Source: an uncultured Planctomycetota bacterium
Lineage (GTDB): Bacteria > Planctomycetota > Planctomycetia > Isosphaerales > Isosphaeraceae
Direction: 5' to 3'
NCBI GenBank assembly: GCA_963823665.1
Contig: CAWGMQ010000010.1
Coordinates: 1,920,001-1,984,000 of the forward strand
Length of the DNA stretch: 64,000 nt
Every line of letters starts with the position of its first letter. Within the stretch, counting starts at the first letter, position 1. The notes under the pieces are model-generated. The model was not told where the DNA came from, did not search any database, and saw only the letters and a list, made by a program, of their open reading frames with translations. Made by a program: the position numbers and the translations under genes. Positions 31,980 through 41,802 of the stretch are shown one piece after another.

Positions 31980-32228
31980 TTACTTGTATTTGGACATCGC
32001 TTTTTTCAATTGCTCTTCCGTCCAGTGCCTCGGCTTACCGCCAAGGGGGACTACAATGACCTGCATCTGCTTTCCCTTGTTCTTTATGACGTAGGTCTGG
32101 GCGCCGCCCGGATCGGTTTCGACTGGTTGCAGCCAGGCAGCATCGGTTTTGACTGGTTGCTGCCTGGCAGCTACGGCTGTCAGCGTCAGAGCAGCAACGA
32201 TTGCCGGTAGTAGCAGGAGTTTTTTCAT
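31980..32228 (-). CDS. 82-aa secreted protein with a 10-aa internal duplication
   Basis: Sec signal MKKLLLLPAIVAALTLTAVAA; AARQQPVKTD/AAWLQPVETD; terminator directly downstream. Confidence 0.7.
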   Translation of the reverse strand: MKKLLLLPAIVAALTLTAVAARQQPVKTDAAWLQPVETDPGGAQTYVIKNKGKQMQVIVVPLGGKPRHWTEEQLKKAMSKYK

Positions 32229-32253
32229 GATCTCAATCTACCAAATTGGATTC

Positions 32254-32427
32254 TCACATGCAATTGAACGGCGCCAGGGGGAGGCCGACCTCTCCCTCGC
32301 AGTCAATTCCAAAATCGAAGTATCCGTTGCACATAGTTCTTATCTGGCCGCCATTTCCACTACACGGCCCGGCGAACACGTTTGCGGTAATGGAGTAGTT
32401 GAACCAATAGTATAGCCTGCGTATCAT
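32254..32427 (-). CDS. 57-aa Cys/Gly-rich ORF below the ORF-track cutoff, possibly the 3' remnant of a larger gene
   Basis: Translated by hand: MIRRLYYWFNYSITANVFAGPCSGNGGQIRTMCNGYFDFGIDCEGEVGLPLAPFNCM*; its stop lies 25 nt before the start of the 82-aa gene. Confidence 0.35.
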   Translation of the reverse strand: MIRRLYYWFNYSITANVFAGPCSGNGGQIRTMCNGYFDFGIDCEGEVGLPLAPFNCM

Positions 32428-32620
32428 CGAGTCAACGAATAGTTCACGGGCGCTGCATCCGTTCTTCTCGGACTATTCATGAAAATCGCGCAGGTGTGCC
32501 GGTTCACCGCCCCGCCCCGCGCTTTACTCACCCGCACTGCACGCCCGTCGGCAAGACAGCTTGCCCCGGGGCGCCAGGTCGGGTGTTGCCGCGCTAGAGC
32601 ACCGGAGTGCGCCCGCTACA

Positions 32621-33076
32621 TCAGGTTTCAGGAAGCTCGCGCTTCTTCTCGGAACCGCGCCGCGAGTCGGAGCTTCCCGTGCGGCGGATCACTTCGAGCA
32701 TCAGCTTGGCGTGCTCCTGCGCAAGCTCACGGCGCTGTCTTCGCGCATAGCGAAGGGTTGAAAGCGCGTCAAAAAGCGCCAGTGCAAGCAGCCCGATTAT
32801 GAGCGCCGCCAAAAAGACGAGATACACCGCTTGCGCGCGCCGCGATGTTCCCGCTGAATCAACAAAGAAAATCGCGCCAGCCAAGAGCAGCATCATCACG
32901 ATGCCGATCGAACGCCGCAGATCTTGGCGTTTAGAAAAAAGGCGATCCGTCGCATCTGCATCGGCGCGACGTGCCCGCTTGTCGTACCACTGCCACAAGC
33001 CGAGGAATGCCGCTACCGCCACCGTCCCGATCGCGAAGATCGTGCTCGGCTGCAAGCCAAGCATAAACTCAAGCAT
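32621..33076 (-). CDS. Hypothetical three-TM membrane protein
   Basis: Three hydrophobic helices; QDLRR, LALFD..STLRY; GGGAG upstream of the ATG at 33076. Confidence 0.75.
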   Translation of the reverse strand: MLEFMLGLQPSTIFAIGTVAVAAFLGLWQWYDKRARRADADATDRLFSKRQDLRRSIGIVMMLLLAGAIFFVDSAGTSRRAQAVYLVFLAALIIGLLALALFDALSTLRYARRQRRELAQEHAKLMLEVIRRTGSSDSRRGSEKKRELPET

Positions 33077-33126
33077 ATTATAACGCTCCCTGAGTCCCTG
33101 GGCCGCGGGCAAAATTGTAACGCACG

Positions 33127-33144
33127 TGTCACAAGAACGTGACA
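33127..33144. promoter_or_regulatory. Palindromic operator-like site TGTCAC-N6-GTGACA
   Basis: Perfect 6-bp inverted repeat ~50 nt upstream of the 33076 start; TATAAT on the minus strand at 33078-83. Confidence 0.35.
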
Positions 33145-33209
33145 ACATTTCCGCTCGAAATGTCAGGAATTCTCTCCACCACGGCCTGCATCCAAGAGTG
33201 CGCGAGTGA

Positions 33210-34571
33210 TCAATACTGGTCCTCGCGCGTCAGTTGCTTCTCGACAGAATCCGCTCTTCGAGCGATCTCGATCATCGCATCGCGCAGCTCTTCGGGGCGG
33301 ACCGTATTGCGCAGGAACGTTCGCGACATCACGAACATCTGTTTGCCCAGCACGTCGTGAATCGAGATGCTGCCGAAGGTCAAGTGGGCATTCAGCAGAA
33401 GTGCATACCGGAAGTGCTTCGGCTCGGCCGGGCCGCATACGGAAAAAACGGACAGGTACTGTTCATCATTCTTTCCTGTGCTCACTTCGATGATGACTTC
33501 CTGCAGCCGCTCGCCCGGCTGGGGCATGATCACCCGAAATGTGTCACGGGCCCCTTGAATGAAGCAGTCCAGGCCTCTGGCGCTCTCACGTACCAGGCTT
33601 TCCGTGTCCCGCAGGCCGTGCAGCACGAGCTGGAACGAATCGGCAAGTTCCCGCGCACTTCCATACCGGTCTGCCGGCGACTTGGCCAGGCACCGCTTGA
33701 GGATCGCATCCAGAGAATCCGGCACCGGCACGATCTCGGTGATCTCCGGAATCGGTTGATGCTGGTGTAATTGAATGACCTGGTGAATATTGTCGCCGAT
33801 GAAGGGGAGCCTGCCGCTCAAGGTGTGGTAGAGCATCACGCCCAGGGCGTAGATGTCCGACTGGGCGCTCGCCGGCGTTCCGCGGAAGAGCTCAGGCGCC
33901 ATGAACGTCGGCGTGCCGGCCAGGGGAGCGCTCCCTTGCGCCAGGTCATCGAGTCGGCGCACCAGCCCGAAGTCGGTGAGCTTGGCGCGCCCGTCCGGGG
34001 TAAGGAGCACGTTGGCCGGCTTGACGTCCCGATGCACAAGCCCCGCATCGTGCGCGGCCTGGAGCGCCAGCCCCACCTGCCTGGCAAGCATGGTGGCACG
34101 CAGCGGCTCGAGCGGGCCCTCCCGCACCAGCGATTCACGCAGCGTCAGTCCCCCCGGAACGTACTCCATCTCGATGAAATGAAGCCCGTGCAGACTGCCA
34201 AGGTTATGAATCGTCACGATATGCGGGTGTATCAGGTTCGCCGCGGCCCTCGCCTCGGCCCAGAACTGTTCCCGAACCCCCGGCTGTTGCACATCCAGGG
34301 CCGGGTCCATGATCTTGAGCGCGCAGTGCCGCCCCAGCTCGAGATGACGCGCTTTGTAAACTCGCGCCATCGATCCCCGGCCGACCATCGACTCGATCTG
34401 ATACTGCCCGAGCTTGCGTCCCAGCAACGAATCGTCGAGAACGACACTCTCCCCCATGGCTGGAGCCTTCGGCACCCGCTGCCGCGCTCCCGGCGAAGCG
34501 TGCACAACCGTCTCCTCGAGCTTGCTTCCAGGTGCTCTGACGACAGTTCGAGGTGGTGTGTTTTTCTTCAT
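33210..34571 (-). CDS. Hanks-type Ser/Thr kinase with a C-terminal YbjN/T3SS-chaperone-like domain
   Basis: GRGSMARVY, ALK, HRDVKPANVLL, TDFG, GTPTFMAPE, SDIYALG; tail ALLLNAHLTFGSI...IARRADSVEKQLTREDQY. Confidence 0.9.
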   Translation of the reverse strand: MKKNTPPRTVVRAPGSKLEETVVHASPGARQRVPKAPAMGESVVLDDSLLGRKLGQYQIESMVGRGSMARVYKARHLELGRHCALKIMDPALDVQQPGVREQFWAEARAAANLIHPHIVTIHNLGSLHGLHFIEMEYVPGGLTLRESLVREGPLEPLRATMLARQVGLALQAAHDAGLVHRDVKPANVLLTPDGRAKLTDFGLVRRLDDLAQGSAPLAGTPTFMAPELFRGTPASAQSDIYALGVMLYHTLSGRLPFIGDNIHQVIQLHQHQPIPEITEIVPVPDSLDAILKRCLAKSPADRYGSARELADSFQLVLHGLRDTESLVRESARGLDCFIQGARDTFRVIMPQPGERLQEVIIEVSTGKNDEQYLSVFSVCGPAEPKHFRYALLLNAHLTFGSISIHDVLGKQMFVMSRTFLRNTVRPEELRDAMIEIARRADSVEKQLTREDQY

Positions 34572-34893
34572 CAGACTTGAATGAACCGACAAAACAAACT
34601 CCGCGTTAATAGTATGCGAGTACCAATGATTGCATGACCTCAAAGGTCCGCGCGTATCACCACACTTATTCAGCCACGATATTATTCGGCTGTGAAGAGA
34701 GAAAGTCGACCGCGAATCCCCCACATTTTTCAGAACCATCAGGCCGGTAACCCTTTACAAAACACGATTCCTACATAAACTCACAACGCCCCGGCTCCGC
34801 ACTGTCGGAGGAATTCCGTGAAATCGCCACGCCGCTCCATCGCGGTCGTGATGGCGCTGATCGCCCGGGTGGCGCTTGACCTGGCCGCGCTTC

Positions 34894-36358
34894 TCACGCG
34901 TTGTACGATGACGAAGCGGTCATCCCGCCGCGCCCCGTCCAGTTCGTGTGGAAAAACTCCCCCCGGGGGCGGTCGACGCGTTCGTATTGATGGGCCCCGA
35001 AGTAGTCGCGCTGGGCTTGCAGCAGGTTCGCGGGTAGGGACGCGCAGCGGTAGCCGTCGAAATAGGAGAGCGCGGCCGTCATGGATGGCGCGGGAATCCC
35101 CCCGCCAGCCGCCGCCATCACCGTGCGCCGCCAGCCAAGCTGAGAGCGCTCGAGCTCGTCGCGAAAATACGGGTCGAGCATGAGGTTTGCCAGCTTCGTG
35201 TTCTGCTCGAACGCGGTCTTGATCTTGCCCAGGAACACGCTCCGGATGATGCATCCGCCGCGCCACATCAGTGCCACACCGCCGCGGTTGATCTCCCAGT
35301 TCGATTCCCTCGCCTGCGCGTCCATGAGCGCGAAACCCTGTGCGTAGGAGACCATCTTGCTGGCGTAAAGCGCCTGTTCAATGTCGTCGACAGACGCCCG
35401 AACCGCTTCTGGTCCGGAAAGCGTCGAGCCGTTGAGCAGCTTCGCCGCCGCCACTCGCTCCTCTTTCTGGGCCGAAAGGCAGCGTGCGAAGACCGCCTCG
35501 GCAATGAGCGTCAGCGGCACGCCCTGGTCCGCGGCCGAAACCACCGTCCACTTTCCCGTCCCTTTCTGGCCGGCGGCGTCGAGTATCAGGTCGACCATGG
35601 GCTTCTTTGTCTCGGGATCGATGTAGGCCAGGATATCGCGGGTGATCTCGATCAGGTAGCTGTCGAGCAGCGCCCTCGTTCCAGCGTGCGAAGACGTCAT
35701 GAATCTGGGCCGGCTCCATACCAAGCGACTGCCGCAGCAGGAAATAGGCCTCGCAGATGAGCTGCATGTCGCCATATTCGATGCCGTTGTGCACCATCTT
35801 GACGAAATGCCCCGCGCCCTCGGGCCCGACCCAGTCGCAGCAGGGTGTTCCATCCTCGACCTTGGCGGCAATCGCCTGAAAGATCGGCTTGACGTGCGGC
35901 CATGCCGCCGGATCGCCGCCGGGCATGATCGAAGGTCCCTTGAGCGCCCCCTCTTCGCCGCCGGACACGCCTGTTCCAATAAAATGCAGCCCCTTGGCCT
36001 TGAGCGCCTTGGTGCGCCGGGTCGAATCCGGGAAATGTGAATTGCCGCCGTCGATCAGGATGTCCCCAGGCGAAAGCAACGGGACGAACTCATCGATCAC
36101 CTGGTCCACCGCGTCGGCCTTGACCATGATCATGATCTTGCGAGGCGCCTTGAGCGCGGCGACCAGTTCCTGCGGCGATCGTGTGCCGACGATCTTCTTC
36201 CCCTTGGCTCGCCCCTCGACAAACGCGTCGACCCGAGAAGTCGTCCGGTTGAACACCGCGACGGTGAAACCGTGGCTCTCCATGTTCAGGACGAGGTTCT
36301 CACCCATCACCGCCAGGCCGACCAGCCCGATGTCGGCGGTTTGCGCACTGGATGCCAT
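34894..36358 (-). CDS. gnd: NADP-dependent 6-phosphogluconate dehydrogenase, decarboxylating; one frameshift near 35670
   Basis: IGLVGLAVMGENL, GVSGGEEGA, GHFVKMVHNGIEYGDMQLI, AGQKGTGKWT, WRGGCIIRS, QAQRDYFGAH. Confidence 0.97.
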
Positions 36359-36472
36359 GCTTTCGGCCCTCACTGGGTCATCGCTTGCCGGAATTGTCTC
36401 GATCGCGCAGATTGTACCAACCTGCGTACGACAATTCGACGATCCTCGGCCGGCAGCCTCGCTGTGCCCCGT

Positions 36473-37372
36473 TCAGTCGTGCTTCCACGGCGGCCGTTCC
36501 GGCAGCAGCTTGAAGAATCGGGCGAGCTGGGCCTCCATGTACTGACCCGCATATTCCCCGGCAAAGAACCGCGGCAGCGCTTCCTCGAAGAAGCGTTGCC
36601 ACGCCTCTTCCTCGGCACCGGGGTCAATCGGGTAGAAGAGCACGCCATTGCTCCGCGCCGCCTCGTAGTCGCCGAGCGCGTCGCCGACCATGAGGATCTT
36701 CTCGGGCTCATATCGGCCGCCGGCGGCAAGCGCCAGGTGCTCTTTCTTGCTCCCCAGCTCCTGGCCTGCCAGAAGCCCCACGTGCTCGAAAAGCCCGTGC
36801 TCGCGCCATTCCCGCTCGAGCGCTTCGCCCGGCGTCGCCGAGACCACCATCACGTCCGCCTTGCCCGCCATGCTCTCGAGCGACTCCCGGACCAGCGGAA
36901 ACGGAGGAACCTCGACCACGATTTCACTGATCGATCGGTTGACCGCCTCGCTCCATCGCAGTGCCCGCTCGAGGTCGGCGTCACCCGTCTCTTTCACCTT
37001 CAAGGCCAGCGCCGGGTTCGCCAGCTTCGTCTCCTCGAGGATCCAGGCCCGCACGCTCTGAAGCTCCGGAAGCTGCGGCCGCCTCCGTGAGACTTCCACG
37101 CGGTCCGCAAGCACATCCATCAGCAGCACCAGCCCCGGAAACCGGTTGATCCCCCGCCACTTTGAATAGAGATTAAGGAATTCGGCCGCCTCCCGCGCAT
37201 ACTTCGAGATCGACGCCAGGCGGTAAAACTTGATGATGTTCGGTATGAAGCATTCTTTATGCTTCACCTCCATCGTGTCGAAAGCGCATCCGTCGCTGTC
37301 GATCCCGATGAAGAAATCATGCAGCTTCGCGAATTCACGGAGGTGATGCTGTTGATTTACAGACACACTCAT
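36473..37372 (-). CDS. HAD-superfamily hydrolase
   Basis: IGIDSDGCAFDTMEVKH (motif I), VVSAT, MVGDALGD. Confidence 0.88.
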   Translation of the reverse strand: MSVSVNQQHHLREFAKLHDFFIGIDSDGCAFDTMEVKHKECFIPNIIKFYRLASISKYAREAAEFLNLYSKWRGINRFPGLVLLMDVLADRVEVSRRRPQLPELQSVRAWILEETKLANPALALKVKETGDADLERALRWSEAVNRSISEIVVEVPPFPLVRESLESMAGKADVMVVSATPGEALEREWREHGLFEHVGLLAGQELGSKKEHLALAAGGRYEPEKILMVGDALGDYEAARSNGVLFYPIDPGAEEEAWQRFFEEALPRFFAGEYAGQYMEAQLARFFKLLPERPPWKHD

Positions 37373-37701
37373 GCATGTGGATGAAGGAACGCACGTGCCA
37401 CGGTTCCGCCAGCGGGCTTGAACGAAATCGTATGGGGTGGAGAAGGGGTTGTCCAGTGACTTCGCCCGCGACCGTTCCGATTTGTTCGTCTCATGCAATT
37501 GGTGCAAGCATTTTGGATTCAGCTACCTGTTTCTGGTTCGTGAATTGAGGAGTGAGATTCGATCTGGTAACGTCAAGGTCACGATAAGGGTCTCTGCGCG
37601 TAGAATTTGGGGATGCCGCGGTGCGCCGTGAGGCATCAACTGCAACCCTGGCGCCTGGAGGCTCGGACGTGCCGCGGTCAGCAATAACCGGGAGGGCCGA
37701 T

Positions 37702-39043
37702 TTGGCGAGCTCCGAGAAACCCAAGGAAGCGCAGAGCGTTCCACGAGATTTACTGCCGGTCATGCGCGCCTCGGGCGTGATTTCCGAGCGCCAGCTCGCG
37801 GAGATTCAGCGCCAAGATCCTGCACGGCGACTTTCCTCAGGATTCCGTCGAGCTGGCCGAGGCCTTGGTGCGCGACAAGATCATCACGCCCTTCCAGGCC
37901 CGGCGGTTCCTGTCGAATCGGCCCAATGGCTTGATCGTGGGCCGCTACGTGATCCTCGACCGGATCGGCTCCGGCTCGATGGGGCGAGTCTACAAGGCCC
38001 ATCACCCGATGATGGACCGCACCGTCGCACTCAAGATCATCGCCCCGGAAATCGCCGCCAACGAGCGGGTCGTCGCCCGGTTTCAGCGCGAGATGCGGCT
38101 CGTCGGCCGGCTCGATCATCCCAACGTTGTCCGCGCCTTTGATGCTGACCAAATTCATAAAATCTTATATATCGTAATGGAGTATGTGACTGGCCAGACA
38201 CTGGGCGAGCTTGTCAAGAAGAAGCCCCTTCCGCCCCTCGATATGGCCGATTTCGGGTTTCAAGCGGCCCTTGGCCTGGCGCATGCTCACGACCAGGGTA
38301 TCGTCCATCGCGACGTCAAGCCGTCCAACATCCTCTTGACCGAAGACCGCAAGATCAAGGTCCTCGACCTGGGCCTGGGCGTGCTCATGGAAGCCGACAA
38401 CGCCGCAACGTTCGCCACGGCCGACGGCATTGCGGTCGGAACCGTCGACTACATGTCTCCCGAGCAAGCCTGCGGCAGAGAAGTGGATGGCCGCAGCGAT
38501 CTGTACGGCCTGGGCTGCTCGATGTACTACCTCCTGACGGGCAATCTTCCGTTCCCCGGCAGCTCACCCATCGAGCGGCTCGGCAAGCGGATCAGCGGCC
38601 GCCATGTTCCGATCACGGAGCACCTCCCGGATCTTTCCCCGAATTTTGTAAAAGTGATCGACCGGCTGCTTGCCCCCAAGCCGCACGAGCGATTCGCAAC
38701 CGCCGCCGATGCGGCCGACGCCCTGCAGAGCCTGTTGAAGCCCAGGACCAGGCCGTCTCCCGCTCAGCAGGCGCAAGCACCGGCCCCCGCGAGCGCCGCG
38801 CCGGTTGCGGGTCCGCCCGATGCGAAACCAGCCATTGCCGCCAAGCCGCAGGCCGCTCCGGCCCCGGCCGACGGCCCGATGGTCGTGAAGATTCGGCCCA
38901 AGTATCCCTCCTGGTTCGAGCCCGCCGCCCGCCTCGCCGAAACCCGCCCAAAGTACGCGCTCGCGACCACGGTCTCGATTCTAGTGGTCGTCTTTACGGC
39001 AGGAATCGTTGCTGGGTTGATCTTGAAGGCTTTCTTGGGCTAA
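37702..39043 (+). CDS. Membrane-anchored Ser/Thr protein kinase; frameshift near 37810
   Basis: GGAGG followed by TTG at 37702; IGSGSMGRVY, HRDVKPSNILL, DLG, GTVDYMSPEQ; Pro/Ala linker and C-terminal TM. Confidence 0.9.
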
Positions 39044-40059
39044 TGGTGCGCCCCCGCGTGAACTGGCTCCGGCTCTACACTCTTCGCCGGAACATGCTCG
39101 ATCACCGCTCGAAGCGCATCGACCAGGTGCGGATACTTGAACACATACCCGAGCTCGAGCGCCTTCTTCGGCAAAACTCGCTGCCCCGTCGTGATCACGC
39201 TCGCCGCCTCACCCAGAACAAGCCGCAGCAGACCGTCCGGCGGTCCGAACGGCAGATAAACCCTCCAGGGCGTATAAGGCTTGCGTAAAACAGCCGAGAA
39301 CGTCCGTGCGAACTCAGAATTGCGCACCGGCTCAGGCGCCGTCCCGTTGAGTGGCCCCTTGGCCGCGCCGTTCTCAATCGCCAGCCGGAAAAGACCGACG
39401 ATGTCGTCGATGTGAATCCAGCTCATCCACTGATTCCCCTCGGCAATCAGCTTGCCTGCCGCACCAATCGGCGCTCCCGGCCCGATCTTGAAGATCGGCG
39501 TCATGATCTTGAGCGCGCCCCCGCCGGGAGCCAGCACGATTCCGGTCCGTAGCATCACCCGCCGGACACCCAGTCCCTCGAGCCCCGCCGAGGCTTCCTC
39601 GGCCTCCCGGCAGATCACGGCGAGCAGGTCCGAGCCGGACCCGGCCGACTCATCGAATTCCTGATCGCCCTGCGCGCCGTAAAAGCCGATGGCAGAACCG
39701 TGAATAAACACCGGCGGGCGCTCTCGCGCCTGCTTGATCGCGGCGGCCAGTTGCTCCGCGCTGTGCACGCGGCTGTCGCGCAGCTTGCGCTTGATCTCGG
39801 TGTTCCAGCGATTGGCGAAGATGTTGTGACCGGCAAGATTCACGACCGCATCGCAGCCGTCCAGCTCGTCCTGCCATCGCCCGGGCGCTACCGGGTCGCC
39901 TTGAACGATCCGGAAGGGCCACATTTCTCGACGGCGACGAATTAGATCCGCGTGTCGCGACAGGATGATCGGCTCATGCCCGTCTTCCTGAAGCGACTGC
40001 GCCAGACGCACTCCGATCAGCCCCGACCCGCCCGCAAGAAAAACGCGCAGCTTCGACAT
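39040..40059 (-). CDS. TIGR01777-family NAD-dependent epimerase-like protein (YfcH-like)
   Basis: VFLAGGSGLIG, VVNLAG, SAIGFYG, LRTGIVL..GGAL, QWMSWIHIDD, GQRVLP..ALELGY.F. Confidence 0.92.
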   Translation of the reverse strand: MSKLRVFLAGGSGLIGVRLAQSLQEDGHEPIILSRHADLIRRRREMWPFRIVQGDPVAPGRWQDELDGCDAVVNLAGHNIFANRWNTEIKRKLRDSRVHSAEQLAAAIKQARERPPVFIHGSAIGFYGAQGDQEFDESAGSGSDLLAVICREAEEASAGLEGLGVRRVMLRTGIVLAPGGGALKIMTPIFKIGPGAPIGAAGKLIAEGNQWMSWIHIDDIVGLFRLAIENGAAKGPLNGTAPEPVRNSEFARTFSAVLRKPYTPWRVYLPFGPPDGLLRLVLGEAASVITTGQRVLPKKALELGYVFKYPHLVDALRAVIEHVPAKSVEPEPVHAGAHH

Positions 40060-40306
40060 CCCCGCCGATCCCTCCTGATCTCGCTGTTTTCCCCGAATGT
40101 ACACAGAGTTGCCATCTTCGGGTGTCAACGAATCGCCGTCAAGCATGGTGAGCGTGCTCCGTCGCAAAGGAGATGTGGAATCGGTGTGAACTCGCGGTGA
40201 AGTTCGCTCCAGCCGGTTGGCTGCCGCCTCGGGCCTTGATAACATTCGATCGTCGTTCCTCGAGGGAAGTCGAAGATCCGGCTCCGACATGGGAGGAAAA
40301 GAGCCA

Positions 40307-41200
40307 ATGACGACGCGCGTGAGCAAGTGGTTCGATCTGACCGATCTCGTGCCCGCTTACGAGCCGCGGATGCCGGTCGTGCTGGTCAATGGTCTCGCGG
40401 AGCAATCCGAGAGCTGGTTCGCCAACCGATCGGCGCTGTCACGACACTTCGACCTGAAGGTGCCCGAGATCCTGGTTTACGATGGCGATTCGCTCCATCG
40501 GCGGATCGAGTCCGGCGGCGAGATCAACGTCGAGTACCTTGCCGATCGCCTTTGCCTGTATCTGGACGAGTTTGTTCAACGATCGCCGAGCCATCTGGTG
40601 GCTTCGAGTCTCGGCTGCCAGGTCGCGCTTTCCGTCGCCGTACGGCGCCCGGAACACATTGCCAAGCTGGTGCTGATCGCCCCGTCCGGATTTCACGGAG
40701 GCGAGAGCCTGCCCATGATCGACGGCGTGCGCCGCAGCGCCACGGCGGGGCTGGTTCGCGCGGTCTTTCATGGCGGCCGGTTCGCAACCAAGGAGCTGGT
40801 TGCCGATGTGCACAGCAAGCTGCAGGATCGCCGATGGAAAAAGGGCGTTCTGCGCACGCTCAGGGGCACGGTCGGGAATTCCGTCGCTCCGCTCCTGCCG
40901 CTCGTTTCGCAGAATGTTCTCGTGATCTGGGGCGCCGAGGATCGAGTGCTCACGGATCTCCCCGGCGCGATTCTCGCCGGCGAGCGAATCCGCCGTGCGC
41001 GCCAGGTTGTCATTCCCAGGTGCGGCCACGCTCCTCAGATCGAGCGAGCCGGCCTGGTCAATCGGCTCATCTCCCAGTTCCTCCGCGACCAGCTCAAGTC
41101 GATTCCGCTCGATCTCGCGCCGCAGAGGTTCCTGTCGCGCATTGCCGAGCCTTCCGGCGCCGGCCGTTCGATCGAAGCACCTGCCCATTCTGTTTCATGA
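40307..41200 (+). CDS. Alpha/beta-hydrolase fold protein (possible acyltransferase)
   Basis: VLVNGL, nucleophile elbow ASSLG, WGAEDRV, CGHAPQIE; GGAGG RBS. Confidence 0.85.
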   Translation: MTTRVSKWFDLTDLVPAYEPRMPVVLVNGLAEQSESWFANRSALSRHFDLKVPEILVYDGDSLHRRIESGGEINVEYLADRLCLYLDEFVQRSPSHLVASSLGCQVALSVAVRRPEHIAKLVLIAPSGFHGGESLPMIDGVRRSATAGLVRAVFHGGRFATKELVADVHSKLQDRRWKKGVLRTLRGTVGNSVAPLLPLVSQNVLVIWGAEDRVLTDLPGAILAGERIRRARQVVIPRCGHAPQIERAGLVNRLISQFLRDQLKSIPLDLAPQRFLSRIAEPSGAGRSIEAPAHSVS

Positions 41201-41787
41201 ATGCTACAGTCCGCGATTTCACCCTGTTCCTGGGCAAGTTCTTGAGGCATGGAACGGCGATCGCCAGCATCGCCCCCAGCAGCCGCTGGCTCTCGCGCTT
41301 GACTGTGCGAAACGTTGAATGGGCCCGTGCCAGGGCGATCGTTGAGTTGGGCGCCGGCACAGGGCCGATCACACGCGTGATCGCCGAGCGGGCGCACCCC
41401 GAATGCCGTGTCCTGGTCGTCGAGCGCGACCCCGATTTCGCTCGCCTGCTCCGGGACCGGTTCGCTGCCTTGCCGAATTTTGAAATCATCAGCGAAGACG
41501 TCGCCGATTTGAGCGCGATCCTCCTCGACCGGGGAATCAGGTCGGTCGACCACGTCATATCGGGTCTGCCGGTTCCCTCGTTCCCACGCGTCTTGCAGCG
41601 ATCGCTGTTCCGGGCCGTCAGCCGTGTGCTCGGCCCGGAAGGAACGTTTAATCAGCTCACCGAGATCCCCTGGCTTTACCGCCGGCTTTACCAGCGGCAG
41701 TTCGAGGAAGTGCAGTTCGTGCTCGAGCCGCGCAACTTACCCCCGGCCGGCACTTATTTTTGCCGCCGGCCTCGCCCGCTCGAATAG
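41197..41787 (+). CDS. PmtA/OlsG-type SAM-dependent lipid N-methyltransferase
   Basis: IASIAPSSRWL, VELGAGTGPIT, VISGLP, RNLPPA; ATGA overlap with the upstream stop. Confidence 0.85.
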   Translation: MNATVRDFTLFLGKFLRHGTAIASIAPSSRWLSRLTVRNVEWARARAIVELGAGTGPITRVIAERAHPECRVLVVERDPDFARLLRDRFAALPNFEIISEDVADLSAILLDRGIRSVDHVISGLPVPSFPRVLQRSLFRAVSRVLGPEGTFNQLTEIPWLYRRLYQRQFEEVQFVLEPRNLPPAGTYFCRRPRPLE

Positions 41788-41802
41788 GCAAATCACGGGC
41801 AG

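Noticed and set aside
31530..32600. GCGCTAG on both sides of the low-GC island as an IS target duplication
   Set aside because: No terminal inverted repeats inside the CTAG sites and no transposase; a 7-mer match can be chance
34894..36373. Programmed frameshift or pseudogenisation of gnd
   Set aside because: No slippery sequence at the break, and the same indel pattern affects the whole window
40327..41787. 486-aa fusion ORF ending in the methyltransferase
   Set aside because: The first 290 codons are an alternative frame of the hydrolase gene; the real start is the coupled ATG at 41197
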